DNA from: Vitrella brassicaformis CCMP3155 | Taxonomy: Eukaryota; Protista; Chromerida | Direction of reading: 5' to 3' | Assembly (NCBI GenBank): GCA_001179505.1 | Contig: CDMY01000406.1 | Location: 21,424 to 85,423, forward strand | DNA: 64,000 nt | Part shown: positions 61,441 to 64,000 of the stretch, piece after piece | Position numbering within the stretch: the stretch's first letter is position 1 | Layout of the letters: each line of letters starts with the position of its first letter | Program-made: the position numbers and the translations under genes | Notes under the pieces: model-generated | The model's database searches: none | What the model saw: the letters and a program-made list of their open reading frames with translations, nothing else | Told to the model about the DNA's origin: nothing

Positions 61441-63346
61441 TTAGTCTACGGCTGCGGCCAGTTGGTTGCCGAACACCCTCTCTGCGTCGGCTCCCATCAC
61501 CTGCCGCACCACCTTCACTGTCTCGGGGAACCTGCCGGCTCCGACCCCCATCACCGGAGGCTCCGTCGTGTGGAGGTAGGTGACGGCAACGGTGGGGGTG
61601 CTGAAGATGGAGATGTGGGTCTCGAATTGGTGGTCGGGCTTGTCGCCATGCAGCACTATCACTCGGTAGAAGTCTTCAAGTGCCGGACGGTGGCTGGTGC
61701 TGATGGTGTGACAGCCCCAGATGGGCGGCGGCTGAGTGGTCAGCTGCCGCTGAAGAGAAAGGCAGATATGACAATGAGCGAGTGGGGCAGCTGGTGAGGC
61801 AATCGTGTTGTGTGGGTGTGTATAACTGACCAGTCGGTTCAACCGTGTGGCATCGTTGGACCGGTCGACATACTGGACCACGGCCTCCGACCCTCCGAAA
61901 CGCAACCTGACCGAACACATCACGGCAGAGCGGTGCAGCCAATGTGTTTGTGTGTTTGTGTGTATCCCATTCTACTCATCTCCCTCACTCCTCCAACACA
62001 GCGTCGCGAACTAAGCATACTCATTTACTATACACAGGCGGACACACGCAACCAAATGATCCATTGCCTTCCTCCCTCCCCTCCCCCTCTCGCTCACTGA
62101 TCATCTCACACACGGGGTTCATCTCACACACGGGGTTGGCCTCGTCGTATCCATTGCGGAAGGGATGGTCGGCCGGCAGTGTCTGCAGTGGGCGGATGGT
62201 CAGCCGACGCCCATCCAGCCGCTCCTCGCCATTGAAGCGCAGCACAATCATGTTGATGTGCCGCTTGATGAGTGAGAGCTGCCGCACAGCCTCACACCGC
62301 CCGTCAAACACCGCCCGGCTGCCCACCGCCTCCACATCAGCACTGCTCAGCTCTATCGGCAACTGCCCGCCTCCCCGCCCCTGATGCTTGGCCACCCTGA
62401 TGATCGGCACCGTCGCCGCCCACTCGCCACTCTGCTGGATGATGTGCAGGAGCCGCAGCAGATGACCGACGGATGGCATGTCATAGCTGAGGATCTCCTC
62501 GAGGCCCTTGGCGACGAGCTGTGCATACAGCAGCCGCAGCAGATGACCGACGGATGGCAGGTTGTAGTTGAGGATGGGCAGGTCATAGCTGATGATGTCC
62601 TGGAGGCCCTTGGCGACGAGCTGTGCATCGATCTGCGTCTTGACATAGGCCTCCGACACACGTTGGCTGCCGAGTGTGCAGGTGCGGCGGAGGCGGGCGA
62701 GGCCGCCGGGGCCGAGCAGAGCGAAGACGACGTCACGCTCGACGTCCGGTGGCAGGTCGAACAGGCCAATGTGCTGGCCGGGCTGAGGGGAAAGGCGGCA
62801 GAATGAGAGATATGTGTGGCTGTCTGTGTGGCTGTCTGTGTGGCTGTTTGTGTGTGTGTGTACCGTGTTGCCGTCGGACTGATCTCGGGGCGCTCTCTCG
62901 ACTAACGCGAAGCCCTCATACATCTGCACACACCACAACACACACACACACACACACACAAGGTGGATCCCTCAGCAGCCACCAGGCCAATGGACACATG
63001 AGAATGCCTACCTGTTGGCCGTGCGGCGATGTGTTGGCCTGGTGCGGCACTTTAACAGTGAACTCCTTTGTCCCCTCTACCGCCCTCATGGACACTCTCG
63101 TCCCTCCGCCGGTCTCCTCAGTGCGATAGACGTCGGCCTTGACGTAGACCTGCTTGCTCTTCTCCCGATTGGCCGTCACCATCCACACACGAGTGCCGGT
63201 CTTGTAGCGCTCGCGGGACGACGGCGGCATCTGATGGATGGATGGATGAATGGATGAACCAAATGATTGAGTGAATGAGCTACACGTACCTGTGGCTGCG
63301 GGAGGTCTGCAGCAGCTGCAGATGAAGATGAGGCTGCAGCTGCCAT
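61441..63346 (-). CDS. Lineage-specific family paralog 4 with an added SH3-like exon and an F-box-like motif
   Basis: MAAAASSSSAAAADLPQP leader; KTGTRVWMV..YVKADV..EFTVK exon; GLFDLPPDVERDVVFALLGPGGLARLRRTC; family core AVFDGRCEAVRQLSL, QPPIWGC, HGDKPDHQFETHI. Confidence 0.7.
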
Positions 63347-64000
63347 GGCGCCGCACAGTGACTGGCCAAACACAGACGCCTGCAAACAAGAGTGCAGAGG
63401 CACAGAATGCGAATCCCATCCCTCCAGCTGGCCATTCCTCTCATCTTTCAACGCTCACCGATTCACAGATGTGAGTACGGCCTCTCAGTGAAGGCTTCTC
63501 ATCGCCAAGAGCTCACAGTGAAAGCAGTGAGCGCCATTTGCATTACAATCCGGCGCGATCATCTCCCCCCAGCGGAGCTCGTAATGAGCGCTGGGCGGCA
63601 AGAAGGCACCCAGCTGCTGCGTCAGTGCAGGGGGAGCGAAGACAACGATGAATGAGTGAATGACTGGCACTGTGGCAGCTATCAGTCATTGCTTGCCTGG
63701 TCCTCCGGCGGAACACCACCGAATCCCATAAAGGGATTCTTCACAAGGTTCTTCACCATCGGGTTGTGCTTCTTGGGAGGAGAGGAAACCTGTGGGCGGG
63801 GGGAGACTGCGAGCTTTCTTGATCTCGACCCAAGGACGGTTGATCTCGACCGAAGGACAAGATATGGCATGCAGCGTGTTACCGATTTGCACTGATGGAT
63901 GGCTCATTTCACTGGTATGCATTGATGTCGATGATGTCAATCCCAGCCGAGCTGAGCCTTTGCACTGCACACCACAGACATATAGTGCCCGCTCACGCAA

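Noticed and set aside
63682-63870. Short minus-strand ORF (MPYLVLRSRS..)
   Set aside because: No recognisable domain; it may be promoter sequence or part of a gene outside the window.
1-64000. CRISPR arrays, tRNA/rRNA genes, transposase or reverse-transcriptase ORFs
   Set aside because: None recognised. The repeats seen are microsatellites, coding low-complexity tracts or gene duplications.

Overview
Eukaryotic, intron-rich, GC-rich DNA. Introns are short GT-AG types whose sense strand is loaded with (TG)n and (TCTG)n microsatellites. This style, together with the lineage-specific gene families, suggests a chromerid alveolate such as Vitrella brassicaformis (inference). About 24 genes or gene remnants can be reconstructed by joining exons by eye; exact starts are approximate where stated. 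Recognisable genes: a CCR4/nocturnin-type EEP nuclease, OMP decarboxylase, an RPA43-like Pol I subunit, a TKL kinase-ankyrin-TM protein, an intronless SAM methyltransferase, dihydroorotase, a Patched/NPC1-like RND protein with an apparent frameshift, PARG (spanning a 300-N gap) and MON2. Accessory content: four paralogs of a lineage-specific family (two with F-box-like N-termini), an F-box/LRR-like gene and an intronless ankyrin gene. Best leads: (1) a head-to-head module found twice in inverted orientation about 46 kb apart, pairing a secreted, apparently circularly permuted family-3 solute-binding protein with a CBM25/26-like starch-binding-repeat gene, with a third CBM paralog beside the right copy; (2) a stand-alone ~113-aa dynein microtubule-binding-domain gene; (3) an AGCTCGCA motif recurring in 5' flanks.
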